DNA of 64,000 bases from assembly GCA_964252035.1 (NCBI GenBank), contig OZ176200.1; one strand, 5' to 3'. This document shows positions 10,936 through 21,957 of the stretch, one piece after another (position 1 is the first letter of the stretch; every line of letters begins with the position of its first letter). Both the position numbers and the translations under genes were made by a program. This DNA comes from Podarcis erhardii (Eukaryota). The notes beneath the pieces are model-generated. The model was not told where the DNA came from, searched no databases, and saw only the letters and a list, made by a program, of their open reading frames with translations.

Positions 10936-13315
10936 AACCCCGTGAATCTACTTAAGCAGCATCTGTGTTGATTATCTGTAATGAGAGTGGGGAACCTTTA
11001 TCAGCTCAAGGATAACCTTCCAAGGACTACATGCCAGTAACAGGGTCAGAGGCAAAAGTGGGGGATCAATGTGCTTCTTATTTTTTGTACAGTAGGCAAC
11101 ATTTGACCCATACAACATGCTGTTCATGCAAAAGTAAGAGCTTTCTACATCAGCGCCCCATCACACCTCTCTCTATCCATGCAAGGAAGAGGACACATTC
11201 CAGCCAGGCAAAGCATCTTCAAAACATTTAGAACCCCCTGGATTCTAAAGTTTAGAAGAATATCATTACTTCAATCTCTGGCTTGTCTACTGCTATAGGA
11301 CTTCTAATGTGCTTATGGCGGGCCCCTGCCTGCAAGGGTATCCCCATTCATTTCAGTGAAGGAACCTGATCCGCCTGCTTAAAGGAACGCTTCTGAAGAT
11401 TAGACCCTTTCATTCAAATGGATGGAGAAACCTCAAAAAGTAGAAGCTAGTGGTCATCATGGCTAGTAGCCATTTATAGCCTTATCCGCTAGGAATGTGT
11501 CCATTCTTTTAAAGGCATCCAAGTTGGTGGCCATTGCCACCTCCTATAGGAGTTCCATAGTCCAGCTTTGCTCTGCATGAAGAACTTTCTTTTATCTGTC
11601 CTGAATCTTTTTACCCATGAGTTCTGTACCTCTTTTTATATATAGTGGTGAGCTTCAAAGCTTTGCCAACATAACCCTACACCAAAATGGACAGGTCCTG
11701 TATTGAAGAGTGAATTCAGAATCTGAAACCAAGTGGCTTTAATTTCAGGCAGATGTGGTATTAGCCAAGGCATACTCTAGATGCTGTTCCACTGCTTGTT
11801 AGTATTTTGTGTGCATGAGCATACTGTAAGCACTTCTGAGAGCTACATGCAAAATGTTCAAATATGGAATCATTGGATGTAGCTGAACACAGAGGAAGTA
11901 GCAATGTCTTCCATTTCTGTAAACAAAGACCTCATTGCTCTGCAATTTAGAGATTCCTTGTTATTGGTGGAAGGGAAAATTAGCCACAACAATTAGCCCA
12001 CATACAATTTGAACATTTTTGTATGTGCATTACCCATTTTCTGCTCATTTTCTGTTTGCTCTTACTTGAGGGATATCGTTGGATAAAACAACTATCTCTC
12101 TGGAAGTTCCAAAATTCACTTTAGAGGAATATGCTTATTAGACCAACTGAAGGCGACATTTGGCCTTCTCCAAAACACTATTTTTCTGCACGCTGATTTT
12201 GAATTTTTTCCATTGCCTAATAAAGATATTGCCCTAATGTTTATTTTTGGGATTTTACTTAAAAGCTATTTGGGTTGTCATAGTTGTAGAGCATGCATAT
12301 ATTTTACTTCCAATATGAATGACAGTTGCAGGGACCTCAGCACCCATCACCACCACTGTGGTTTTGTACAGTTACTACTGGACAGAGCCTATTGGCTTCT
12401 ACCACCTCCCCATGACATTAAGATTTTTTTTAAAAAATAGGGGGAGTGCTTTTTAATTTGTTGCTTTATTGCCTTTTCTTTAGAGACAGTAAAGAAGAGA
12501 ATTTCCCCTCTCTCTTTACAAACTTTTATAATTACAATTACCCTCCATTTCTTATCCGTACTTTCCTTAATGAATATTTTTATCACACCCACACCGTACA
12601 CTTAGAGCAAATATAAAGCATATGGATTCCCTCAATGAATCCTGGGAAGTGTAGTTTGCAATTCCTAGGATATTTTTTTTACCATTCCTGGGATTCCTTG
12701 GAAGAAGCTATGTCCTTTAACTGTGTGGCATGGATTCTCCTTGGGTCTTCATGTAGTCCTTTACATGAAAAAAGGAGCAAAATACTCAGGGAAGGTTCCC
12801 CGGCATTTTGGGAAATGTTCATTATATTTTGGAAAATACATGTTCTTCACTGCTTTCATTGTGAGGCCCCCATTCACACTTGCTGAAAAATAATAAACAT
12901 GGTGCTGCTGAAGGGTGGATGGATGAGTTGGTAGGTGGCAAAGAGGCTGCAAGGAGGCATTCTATGGGTGCCTGTAGTGGCTGTCAAAACGGACAGCTGC
13001 TACAGTTCACCTGGAAGCTTCTTTCCATAGGAAGCCTTGCCCACAAGTTGCTCTGTGAACTGATCCTGAACAATCCATGGCTTAATAGGTCTCATAAGGC
13101 AGAAATATGCAAAGTAAAATAAACCCTGTATTCCTGATTTGAAGAAATCATTGTCCAGGACAGCTAACTCCTAGGAGTAATGTTAACTGGAACCAGGGTG
13201 TACAGTTGCTATTTAACACCCGTTTGTATATTTACACCATGCGTACCTGGCATTCAGCTTCAAAGCCTGAGGTAGCCTTCCCTGTGACAGCCTATTCACA
13301 TACACGTGGCTAATC

Positions 13316-13440
13316 TAGGGTTACCAGATTTCCCCCCCAATGAATCCGGGGACACTTTTCAATCTCAGTGGATTTTGTATGGGGACTGATTTGTAAATCC
13401 GGGGACTGTTCCCGGGAAACGGGGACGTCTGGTAACCTTA
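13316..13440. mobile_element. hAT-type MITE
   Basis: TIRs TAGGGTTACCAGA / TCTGGTAACCTTA; 8-bp TSD GGCTAATC / GGCTTATC (one mismatch). Confidence 0.85.
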
Positions 13441-15929
13441 GGCTTATCTGCATGCTTGCAAGTAATTAGAATTGTGGAGAAAGACAATACCAGCAGCTGT
13501 CAGGCACTTTGAGTTACATTCCCAGCATATTTAAAGCATTCAGATACCACAGGGATGAGTACATTATTAATGCTAGGAGAGCGGCGTTTTAAAGTTGGCA
13601 TCATGATCCTAGAAGGATATGTGGGGCAGCTGCATTTTAATAACATTCTCGGGGGCACTAAATAGCTCCCTGAGCACGCCTGTCATTCACATTGCTACTT
13701 TGATTTAGAAAACAAAACAATGAAGGTTCAATATTATATTAGAAGCAACAAAAGCACACCCCTGCTTTGTAAAATGGAGTTGCTGACAGGAAGAGGAAAG
13801 GAGGGGGAGAGAGGAGATGCAGCAGTAACGGTCCATGAGTTTGTTTCAGAAAACAGAGACACATCACAAAACACCCTTCTTTTTTAAAAAAAAAGGAAAA
13901 AAGAGGGACATGGTTGTGTGTTTGTGTGTCAATCTGTGCACACAAAGGGAAAGGGTGCAAAATGAAAGCCAGTTTCTCTTCCAAGCATTCCCCCCCCCCT
14001 TTTTTTTTTGGTGGGGCGGAGGCAGATCTAAATGTTGGGAAATTCTGATATCCATTAACCACACATGCCTGAGCATCCCCATGTTGCAGTTTTGTTTCTC
14101 TGAACAAAGCCTGCCTCTCTGGTGGTCCATGGATCTGCTAAAAACAAGAAGAGAATTCCAGTGATAATATTTCACCTTTTCAAACATATGCACACAAATA
14201 CTCACCAAGCAGAGAGGCAAGCTGTTTGCCTGTCACCCTGACATTTTTGTCCGTATCTGTGGTTGCCACTGATTCCACTCTGTCTGGAGAAGGTAAGCTG
14301 AAACAGTTGATACCCCTCACTGTGAAAAAAGACACACACACACACACACACACACGAAATGGTGGTCTCATTTGACTCCAGAATTGCAGCCATTTTCTTA
14401 ATCTCAGCCAGCTGGAGAGATCCTGAGGGACGCAACAGGTGGGTAATACGGCAGTGTCTTCTCCCTCCAAAATACAAAGAGCACACAGACACCCCACCCC
14501 CTGTTAAAATTGGTCACTGCCATCTTGTCATTCCTGGCTTAACCAAGGGCACCATTTAGGGCAGGAGGAAACCAGTCCTCAGCCCTGGCACAGACCATTT
14601 GTGATTATGGCTCAAAGAACTTTATTTCTGCCCAAAAAATTGCTCGCTATTGCCATAAACAATGAAATGTTTCTATCTATTAGGGCCAAGTAATTAGCCA
14701 TTCATACCAAAAATATTTAAATGTGACCATTTGACTTTTTCTGTTAACATGGTTATAGTTACACAATTTTCTCTCTCTGCTTTTGTACACTATCATTTTG
14801 AATAAATTCAACTGCAAGTCTGGCTGACTTTTACTCTCCTTATCTCCCCACCTTACCCCTGGCAAAATTTCTTTCTCGCTATCTCCCACCACTGACTCCT
14901 GAAATGGGGTGGAAGAGAAAATATCTAGCCTTAGCACTCAAGCCAGTTTTTAGAGGCTAGAACATGGGTCCAAAGTCTTTTTCTTCTTCTAGTTCAGCAC
15001 ATGCAGTATTGATAAGGTTTGTCCACTTCCGACAGCATAGCAACACGGACTGCTTTGATAGCGATCAAGCTGGTCTCTTTCTTTTATTGCTATCAGGAGC
15101 AAAAAGCCACATGCAGAGCCACTTGGGGAGGGTAATAATTGGCAAATGGCCACATAGAAAACCATATTTCATGCTTTTCAGCTGACAGTGGACCCTAACA
15201 GAGTGGAAACCGCCCCCCCCCCCGAAATCTGCCTCTCTTGGCTACTGACTGGAATTTGGAAGTCAGGCAGTATGGGCCAAATTGTTTGAAGATGGTCATG
15301 TGATCCTCTAATTTGAAGGGCTGTCAGAAGGCAGGCCTCTCTCTGAATGTGTCCTCTATTTGAAAGTTTGTCAGGTCCAAGTCCAGTTTAAAAGATAAAG
15401 AGTCGTAAAAAGTTGCCCATGAAAAGCACCAGACAGCAGACTGAACCGGCACACAAGTCAACTGAGCACATTCTTTCCCACTATAGTGACATGTGAGAGG
15501 AACTTCTAGTTAAATGACAGAAGATGCTTCTACACTTGCATATATATGTGTGTGGGTTAGCACATGTCAATTTAATGCAAACAAAAGTCCTCTTTTGTTC
15601 TCTTTTTTTGTGCTGCATTTCTTCTTCTTAGGCACTGCGCAAGTGTCCACCCTAGATTGTTAATGGACAGCTCCTTCACTCTGTTTGCTGATAAACTACA
15701 TTCTGCCATAGTTCCATCTCGTCTGGACTGCTTCCTCCAAGAACCTCTGGAATTCATTCAGAAAGTACTAAGTGGTGCATCAACTAAAGGGCCAAAAAAC
15801 ACTTTCTCATAAACAGCCTAGTATATTCTGTTTGAGAAGGGATGAAGAGAAAGAAGTATGGATAGAGATGAAGCAAGAGGGGTGGAGAAGAAAGCATATT
15901 GCTCTCCCAAATTGAGATTCCATAAATGG

Positions 15930-16497
15930 TGTGCTGGTCCAGGGGGGAGGTTACCGTGGGGCGAGGTCCAGGACCTGAGTTGAGGGTCGGCAGACAGTCC
16001 TCCTCGGGCGAAGTAGGGTTCACAGCGAGAAGCCGGGCAAGGACAGGAACTCTGGGGGAACAGGACAGGATGCTGGCCGAAACAGCTCTTCAACGATGTT
16101 GCTCCTGCAACCTGGGACCGGGCTGACTGGCCTTTATCTTCTCTGAGGCCAGGGGCGGCCCCGGCCCCCAGGAGAACCACCTCTCCTGGCCTTAAGGCGA
16201 GCACTCCTCCTGGGAGAAACCAGTTCCCTCCACCTCTCTGCCCTGAGCCTCTGCAGTACAGGAGAGGCTGAAGGGTTACTGGACCCAGGGGGAGACTCAC
16301 CTGTAGGCACTGAGTCCTCAACCACCTCCGGAGCCAGAGTGGATTCACCTGGTGCCTGATCCTGAGGATCTGGCACAGGTGCAGGCGCTTCAGAATCAAG
16401 GCTCTGCCCCAGTTCAGCCGGCCCTGGAGGCAGGGACTCCTGTGCAGGCTGGGATTCCTCCGGTTCAGCCTCTGAATCGGATTCCCAGGCCATCACA
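15930..16497 (-). mobile_element. Solo LTR (Gypsy/Ty3-like or other LTR retroelement), 568 bp
   Basis: TG...CA ends with 7/8 inverted match (TGTGCTGG vs CCATCACA); exact 5-bp TSD AATGG (15925-15929, 16498-16502); GC box and GATAAAG TATA-like motif on the minus strand. Confidence 0.85.
16134..16493 (-). CDS. Hypothetical LTR U3-encoded 119-aa protein (acidic/Pro-rich N-terminus, Arg-rich C-terminus with RRSARL)
   Basis: Open frame from an ATG 4 nt inside the LTR end to a TAA within the TATA-like motif; no evidence of expression. Confidence 0.35.
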   Translation of the reverse strand: MAWESDSEAEPEESQPAQESLPPGPAELGQSLDSEAPAPVPDPQDQAPGESTLAPEVVEDSVPTGESPPGSSNPSASPVLQRLRAERWRELVSPRRSARLKARRGGSPGGRGRPWPQRR

Positions 16498-18934
16498 AAT
16501 GGTCTTCCTCATTGCGGTTTGCAGTTCAAGATCTTCCTCTACTGGCCTGCCATTTTAGGAAGGGCTGTTCTGGAGCACCTTCAATCCAGCACCATTCATG
16601 ATTAGCAAAGGATTTATACAGAAAGACTGAGAAGTAATTGTGCCTCACTTAGTTATTCTGGGTTGCATACATAATACCAGGCATGATCAATGTGGGTTGA
16701 TTTCCACCCAACTGTTTAATGAGAATTTAACCCTTGCTCACTTTCTTTCTTCTGTTCCTCTCTGAATTGGTTATCTTGTTCCATTGCTCCCTCTTACATG
16801 CCCCAGTCCTCTGAGCTGTGTGGACTGGCTCTTTTACTTGAACCATCTGCACTGTTTTATTGAACCGCTATCCACCAGAGAGATGAAGTTCTAGGCCTAA
16901 TACACAAAACAAGAACTAACAAATCACCAGGCTGGGGCAGCTTCCACTGAGGCATGGATGGATAGGAGACAAGAGGGAAGAGAGGTGGAGTGGAAAGTAT
17001 AAGCAATTTCTCAAAGAACTCAAGTGTGAAAATGCTGACCTTCTAACAAAAATATGCAACTTGTCCCTTGGATCAGCCTCCATATCTGCGGACTTAAAAG
17101 TACCCAGTACAACACCCATTTCAAAGATGAGTTCAGGCACTGGGATCTGCCCCATATCTTTGGTCATGAGGACAGATGCAAAGGATCCATTCAGCTTCTC
17201 CTTATCCTCCTTTAGCATTCCTTTGACTCCCTTGTCATACAAGGGTCCAGTTGCCTCCCTGGATGGTTTTCTGCTACTAATATATTCAAAAACGTCTGCT
17301 TATGCAATGAGGCTTCCCCACACTCTCTTCACCATGTACACCCATTGAAATTGGCTATGGGAAAGCCAGGAAAACCCCCAGAATGGGGGAGGGGAAAATC
17401 ATTTCATCTCGCAAGGTAAAATGCTTGTGCTGATGGAAAGATCACCTTAATGTGACATTGAATTTCTTCCAAAATGTGCAACACTGCCCTCCATGTTCAG
17501 ATTCCAATCTTCAAATCATAGCTCTTCTCTGCTAGCAGAAAGACGCACAACATTTATATTATTTTCAAGAATGAGATCAAGAGAATGGGACAGGAACACT
17601 CCAACAGCCTGGGGATTCCCCTTCCATCACTCCAGAAATAGGGTGTGAGTCAAACTGACCATAACCTTCCCCTGTAGTTTTGCTATCCTCTGCTATTTGG
17701 AGAGACTGGGTATGGGATGACTATGCCTGCCCCTGCTTGACATACCAGCTATAAATACATTGTTGGAGTTAAGTACATAAAAGACAGAGATGAAAGAAAG
17801 CAACAGGGAACCAAGAAACTACGATGCAAGAACACACGGTTTAAAAATGCCACAGTCTTGTGAAATATATGCCTGTTTTACATGTGCCAAAGATCTCGCT
17901 CCTATGGTAGAGGTTCTGAAACTGGCATGTCCCTCCCCCACCACTTAAAATGTAAGGTGAAGATCAGATGTTCCTCATAGATAGTCACTTGTGCAGGGGC
18001 ATTCTTCCCTTCTCAAAAAGGGGGGCGGGTCAAGATCACATCAGTAGCAGATGGCATGGTGAGTGATGCTGCTCACCTGAGCTTCAGTCAGTTGTGTTGC
18101 TGCTACTTACAAGGGGGTTGATGGAGGTAGTGGTGAGGGCAGTGCAAAGGCACTGGCAGACCTGCTCTGGTGCTCCTGCTGATGCACTTGCACCACAGCA
18201 ACCTCCCTGCCACCTTGCCCCTTTTGGTAAGCTGCAAGAGTACAAGTGACCAGCCATCAGGTGTGTGGTGACACTGCATATATGGGCTTTTGCTTGGAAT
18301 ATACCCATCACATACTATATTACCAGTATGAGGCTGCACCCACTTCTCCATGATGGAACCAGGATATCAAATTTGGATAAGAATCCAAACTATAGACATT
18401 GCTTGTGTCATGAATTAAAAGGAAGGTGACTTGTGGAACACAGGAGATTTAGTTTATTATACCCAAACACTTGAGAATGAGGACCTTGCGGCACTGTTCC
18501 ATAGAGGTTGAAAACATTCTTCTCTCGAACCCAGCCAGCCAAATTTGGGTGCAGACGGGAATACTTCCATGCCTCAATCCTATTAATAAAATCAGAACAG
18601 GGATTCATATTTCAGAGAATTAATGCATCCATAGTCAGTGGTAACATAAACATCAAACAGCTCACTCATCTCTGTGTTTACACAGACCTAAGTTAGGAAT
18701 TCATTCCCAAATTGCAGCCAATCTTGGTTAAACTGTGTGAGAGATTTATTCCTAGAATGTTGGATTATGGAATTAATCTTTTCATTACATTCTAGCTTCA
18801 CTAAAACTAGAAAATAGTTGCTGGCATGTCAAGGGATAGTGAAATCTTCTGCCAAATCAAGTATTGGGAATGCCTTGTGTCAGTGATGGCTGACTTCTTC
18901 AGCTGGGAGAGGAGTGGACATGATCCCTAAGCCC

Positions 18935-19040
18935 CAACCATCTCCAACTTGGTGCTCTCCATGTGTTTTGGACTACAACTCTCATCATCCCTAACCATTG
19001 GCCATGCTGGCTGGCAACAGGCTAGGGAAGGTTGCCCCAG
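18935..19040. mobile_element. Partial palindromic MITE (family of 40084-40219)
   Basis: GTTTTGGACTACAACTCTCATCATCCCTAACCATTGGCCATGCTGGCT core. Confidence 0.65.
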
Positions 19041-19887
19041 CTGAAGAACCTCTGGAATGTAGTTCAGTGACATCCCTGTGACCCTGCTTACGCCATGGCT
19101 CCTGCTGTTGGGAAGTGGGAGAGTCCTGGGTCTCTGCAATGGCACACCAGGCTCCAAGGGGACCTCCCATTTATTCATGGAATGGAACAGATTATCTCCA
19201 GTTCTCTGACTTGACCTAAGCTTGCAAACTATCTGGGAGCAAATGTAGCTGGTGCAACGCCAAACAAACGTCAGCTTATGAGGGAAGAAGCAGTCTGAGT
19301 GGTAGCCACTTGAAGGAAGAAGCACTGCTGCTGTATGCCAGGGCTATGAAATCTCAGGCCCAAAGATCATGCTTTTTACGGACCTGTTCTGCCTTCTCCT
19401 TCAGTGCTTTGGCCAGTCTAGAATGTGGCCTTGAACTGTGATGATGGATCTTGCTTGCCTTGACGGAAGATGGAGAGAAACCTCCAATTCCTGCATGCGT
19501 GGAATGTACCCTGCTCTACAAAGTAAGGAGCACACCTGTTGTTCCATCTACTTTTGTTACTGGTCCCATCCACCACTGTCATGTGGCCCCTGAAAGGTTT
19601 CCTATGAGGAAATGTGGCCCTCTGGCTGGAAATGTTTCCCTGGCCCTACTACATGCAATCCAATCTCAGGAATGCTTCATTTGGCCTTAATGTTTGGAAC
19701 ATAGGTTCCAAGAAAGAGATCAAGAAAGGCCTAAACTACCTCCTCACAAATAAATCAACACAAGTGAGCAATGCACATGGTTAGGATTATTTGTTCCAGC
19801 ATGCATCACCTTAATGCTTAATGCTTAAATGAGATTGTAAGCAATGAGAAAAAACAGTGTATGCCATCTCAGTTCTCCATAATATTG

Positions 19888-19955
19888 CATGAATGAATGG
19901 ATGCATGAGTGAGTGAGTGAGTGAGTGAGTGAGTGAATGAATGAATGAATGAATG
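19888..19955. repeat. Compound (GAAT)n/(GAGT)n microsatellite
   Basis: Direct reading. Confidence 0.9.
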
Positions 19956-20454
19956 GTGTCAATTCCAGAGAATACAGCAAATGTCGAAGCAACCTTAGAT
20001 TGCTGTTCAGGAAAGTGATACACATACTCAAATCTTCAACAGGACTTAAAATAAACAGTTCTGATCTTTTTCCTTTCCAGTTTAAACAGCCATAGACGTA
20101 CCTTTGTGAATACAAAGCTCTTTGATTTATAAAACGTTCAACTGTTATTGTTAAATGGCGAATGGAAAAAGAAAAACAACCTCACACAAGAAATTCAAGG
20201 TCTTTTTCTAGAGAACAGAAGTTTTCATTCTGCTCTGCTCACTCCCGGCATTATCATCAGTTAATTCAATGGCAGCGTGTTTAGAGTCAAGGACAAACGC
20301 TGAGATGGATCAGCAGCTGGAAGGTTAGGAAGCAATGGTCCTTTCTCATGGCTCCAGCACATGCCCACAAAAAGAAAAAAGAAGAAGAAAACAGTACAAA
20401 AGGGTATGGTCATCAGTGGCTACTAGTCCTGGCAGCTGTATAATGGAGGCAGCC

Positions 20455-20606
20455 TGCCTCAAAATACCAGAGACTTAGGTAAATCTTCCCCAGCTATTGA
20501 GCCCAAGCCCTGCTTGTGAGTTTCCCATAAGTGGCTGTGGGAAACAGGCTGCAACCCTAGATGGGCCTTTTGGTCTGATCCAGCTCCACATACATTCTTA
20601 TGTCCC
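20455..20606 (+). mobile_element. Degenerate CR1 3' end
   Basis: CTAGATGGGCC...GGTCTGATCCAGC...TTCTTATGT terminus, like 43620-43886. Confidence 0.5.
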
Positions 20607-20845
20607 TCCAGGTCAGAGTGGGGAACCTCTGGCCTGCAGGCCCAATGAGAGCTGCGATTCCATCTGTAATGCCTTTTCAGCCAAGCCATTCTAAGGTGCT
20701 GTGATGTCAGGTGAAAACCTGGTTCTGCTTAAAGGACGTTTGCAGGCACTTGCTGATGAGCTGATCAGCAATGCTTGCAGAGGCCCATTCAATGCGGTAC
20801 AAAATAGCACTTTGAAAGGGGAGTCTGAAAACACCGACACTGCGG

Positions 20846-21430
20846 AATGTCTCGCCAGAGTGGTGCATACTCTAGTTATCTCTTGCTTGGACTACTGCAA
20901 TGTGCTCTACGTGGGGCTATCTTTGAAGGTGACCTGGAAACTACAACTAATCCAGAATGCGGCAGCTAGACTGGTGACTGGGAGTGGCTGCCGAGACCAC
21001 ATAACTCCAGTCTGGAAAGACCTATACTGGCTCCCAGTATGTTTTCGAGCACAATTCAAAGTGTTGGTGCTGACCTTTAAAGCCCTAAACGGCCTTGGTC
21101 CAGTATACCTGAAGGAGCGTCTCCACCCCCATCGTTCTGCCCTGACACTGAGGTCCAGTGCCAAGGGCCTTCTGGCGGTTCCCTCGCTGCGAGAAGCCAA
21201 GTTACAGGGAACCAGGCAGAGGGCCTTCTTGGTAGTGGCACCCGCCCTGTGGAATGCCCTCCCACCAGATGTCAAAGAGAAAAACAACTACCAGACTTTT
21301 AGAAGACATCTGAAGGCATCCCTGCTTAGGGAAGCTTTTAATGTTTAATAGACTATTGTATTTTAATATTCTGTTGAAAGCTGCCCAGAGTGGCTGGGGA
21401 AACCCAGCCAGATGGGTGGGGTATAAATAA

Positions 21431-21479
<49 letters not shown>
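20846..21479 (+). mobile_element. 5'-truncated L2-clade LINE 3' end with (TTA)n tail
   Basis: LVISCLDYCNVLYVG...LQLIQNAAARL...HITP...WLPV...FKVLVLTFKAL is the typical L2 ORF2 C-terminus; stop at 21348; (ATT)n tail 21431-21479. Start approximate. Confidence 0.88.
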
Positions 21480-21480
<1 letters not shown>

Positions 21481-21513
21481 ACACAGCAGGGGGTGGGAAT
21501 CACATTATACCAT

Positions 21514-21957
21514 TGTGATGCCAGGTGACGGACAACTGGGCGGAGCTGGTAGCTGACAGGTGGGTGGAGTCAGGGAATGAGATTAAGTGAGTCAGAAGGG
21601 GAATTGCACAGAGCCACGGCCAGAAGAGGAGCCTGTAATACCAGGGCCTCTCTGGCCTAAGGCTGTCACACTGCTGTCAACTGACAGAAGTTCTGGGACA
21701 ACTATTGTCTCCCTTGCTCTGGTGTGGTAAAGGAGTGCTGGAGCAGACTGGGCCCCTTCAACTGAAGAGGCATTAAAGGTGGTGCTTATAACTGAGCTAA
21801 AGCTGGTGCCCCTATATAAAGCTCAGCCTAAGGCTAACTGCATCAGAGCTCAGCTCTTGTACAGCAGAAGGCTTGAGTCCCCTCTGCTGCCTGCCCTTGT
21901 ATTCAATGTGAGCCCTGCCCAAAGACTTGCCTTGCCCAGGATGCTTGGTTCATAACA
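21514..21957 (+). mobile_element. Solo LTR, 444 bp
   Basis: TGTGATG...CATAACA termini; 4-bp TSD CCAT (21510-21513, 21958-21961); GGGCGG, TGAGTCA (21588) and TATATAAAG (21813). Confidence 0.65.

Noticed and set aside
17646-17757. AP-1 site plus TATAAATA as a hidden promoter
   Set aside because: Both short motifs are frequent by chance, and no convincing downstream exon was found.
20701-21348. 215-aa ORF as a novel gene
   Set aside because: From about 20846 it is L2 ORF2; the upstream part starts at a GTG in unrelated sequence.
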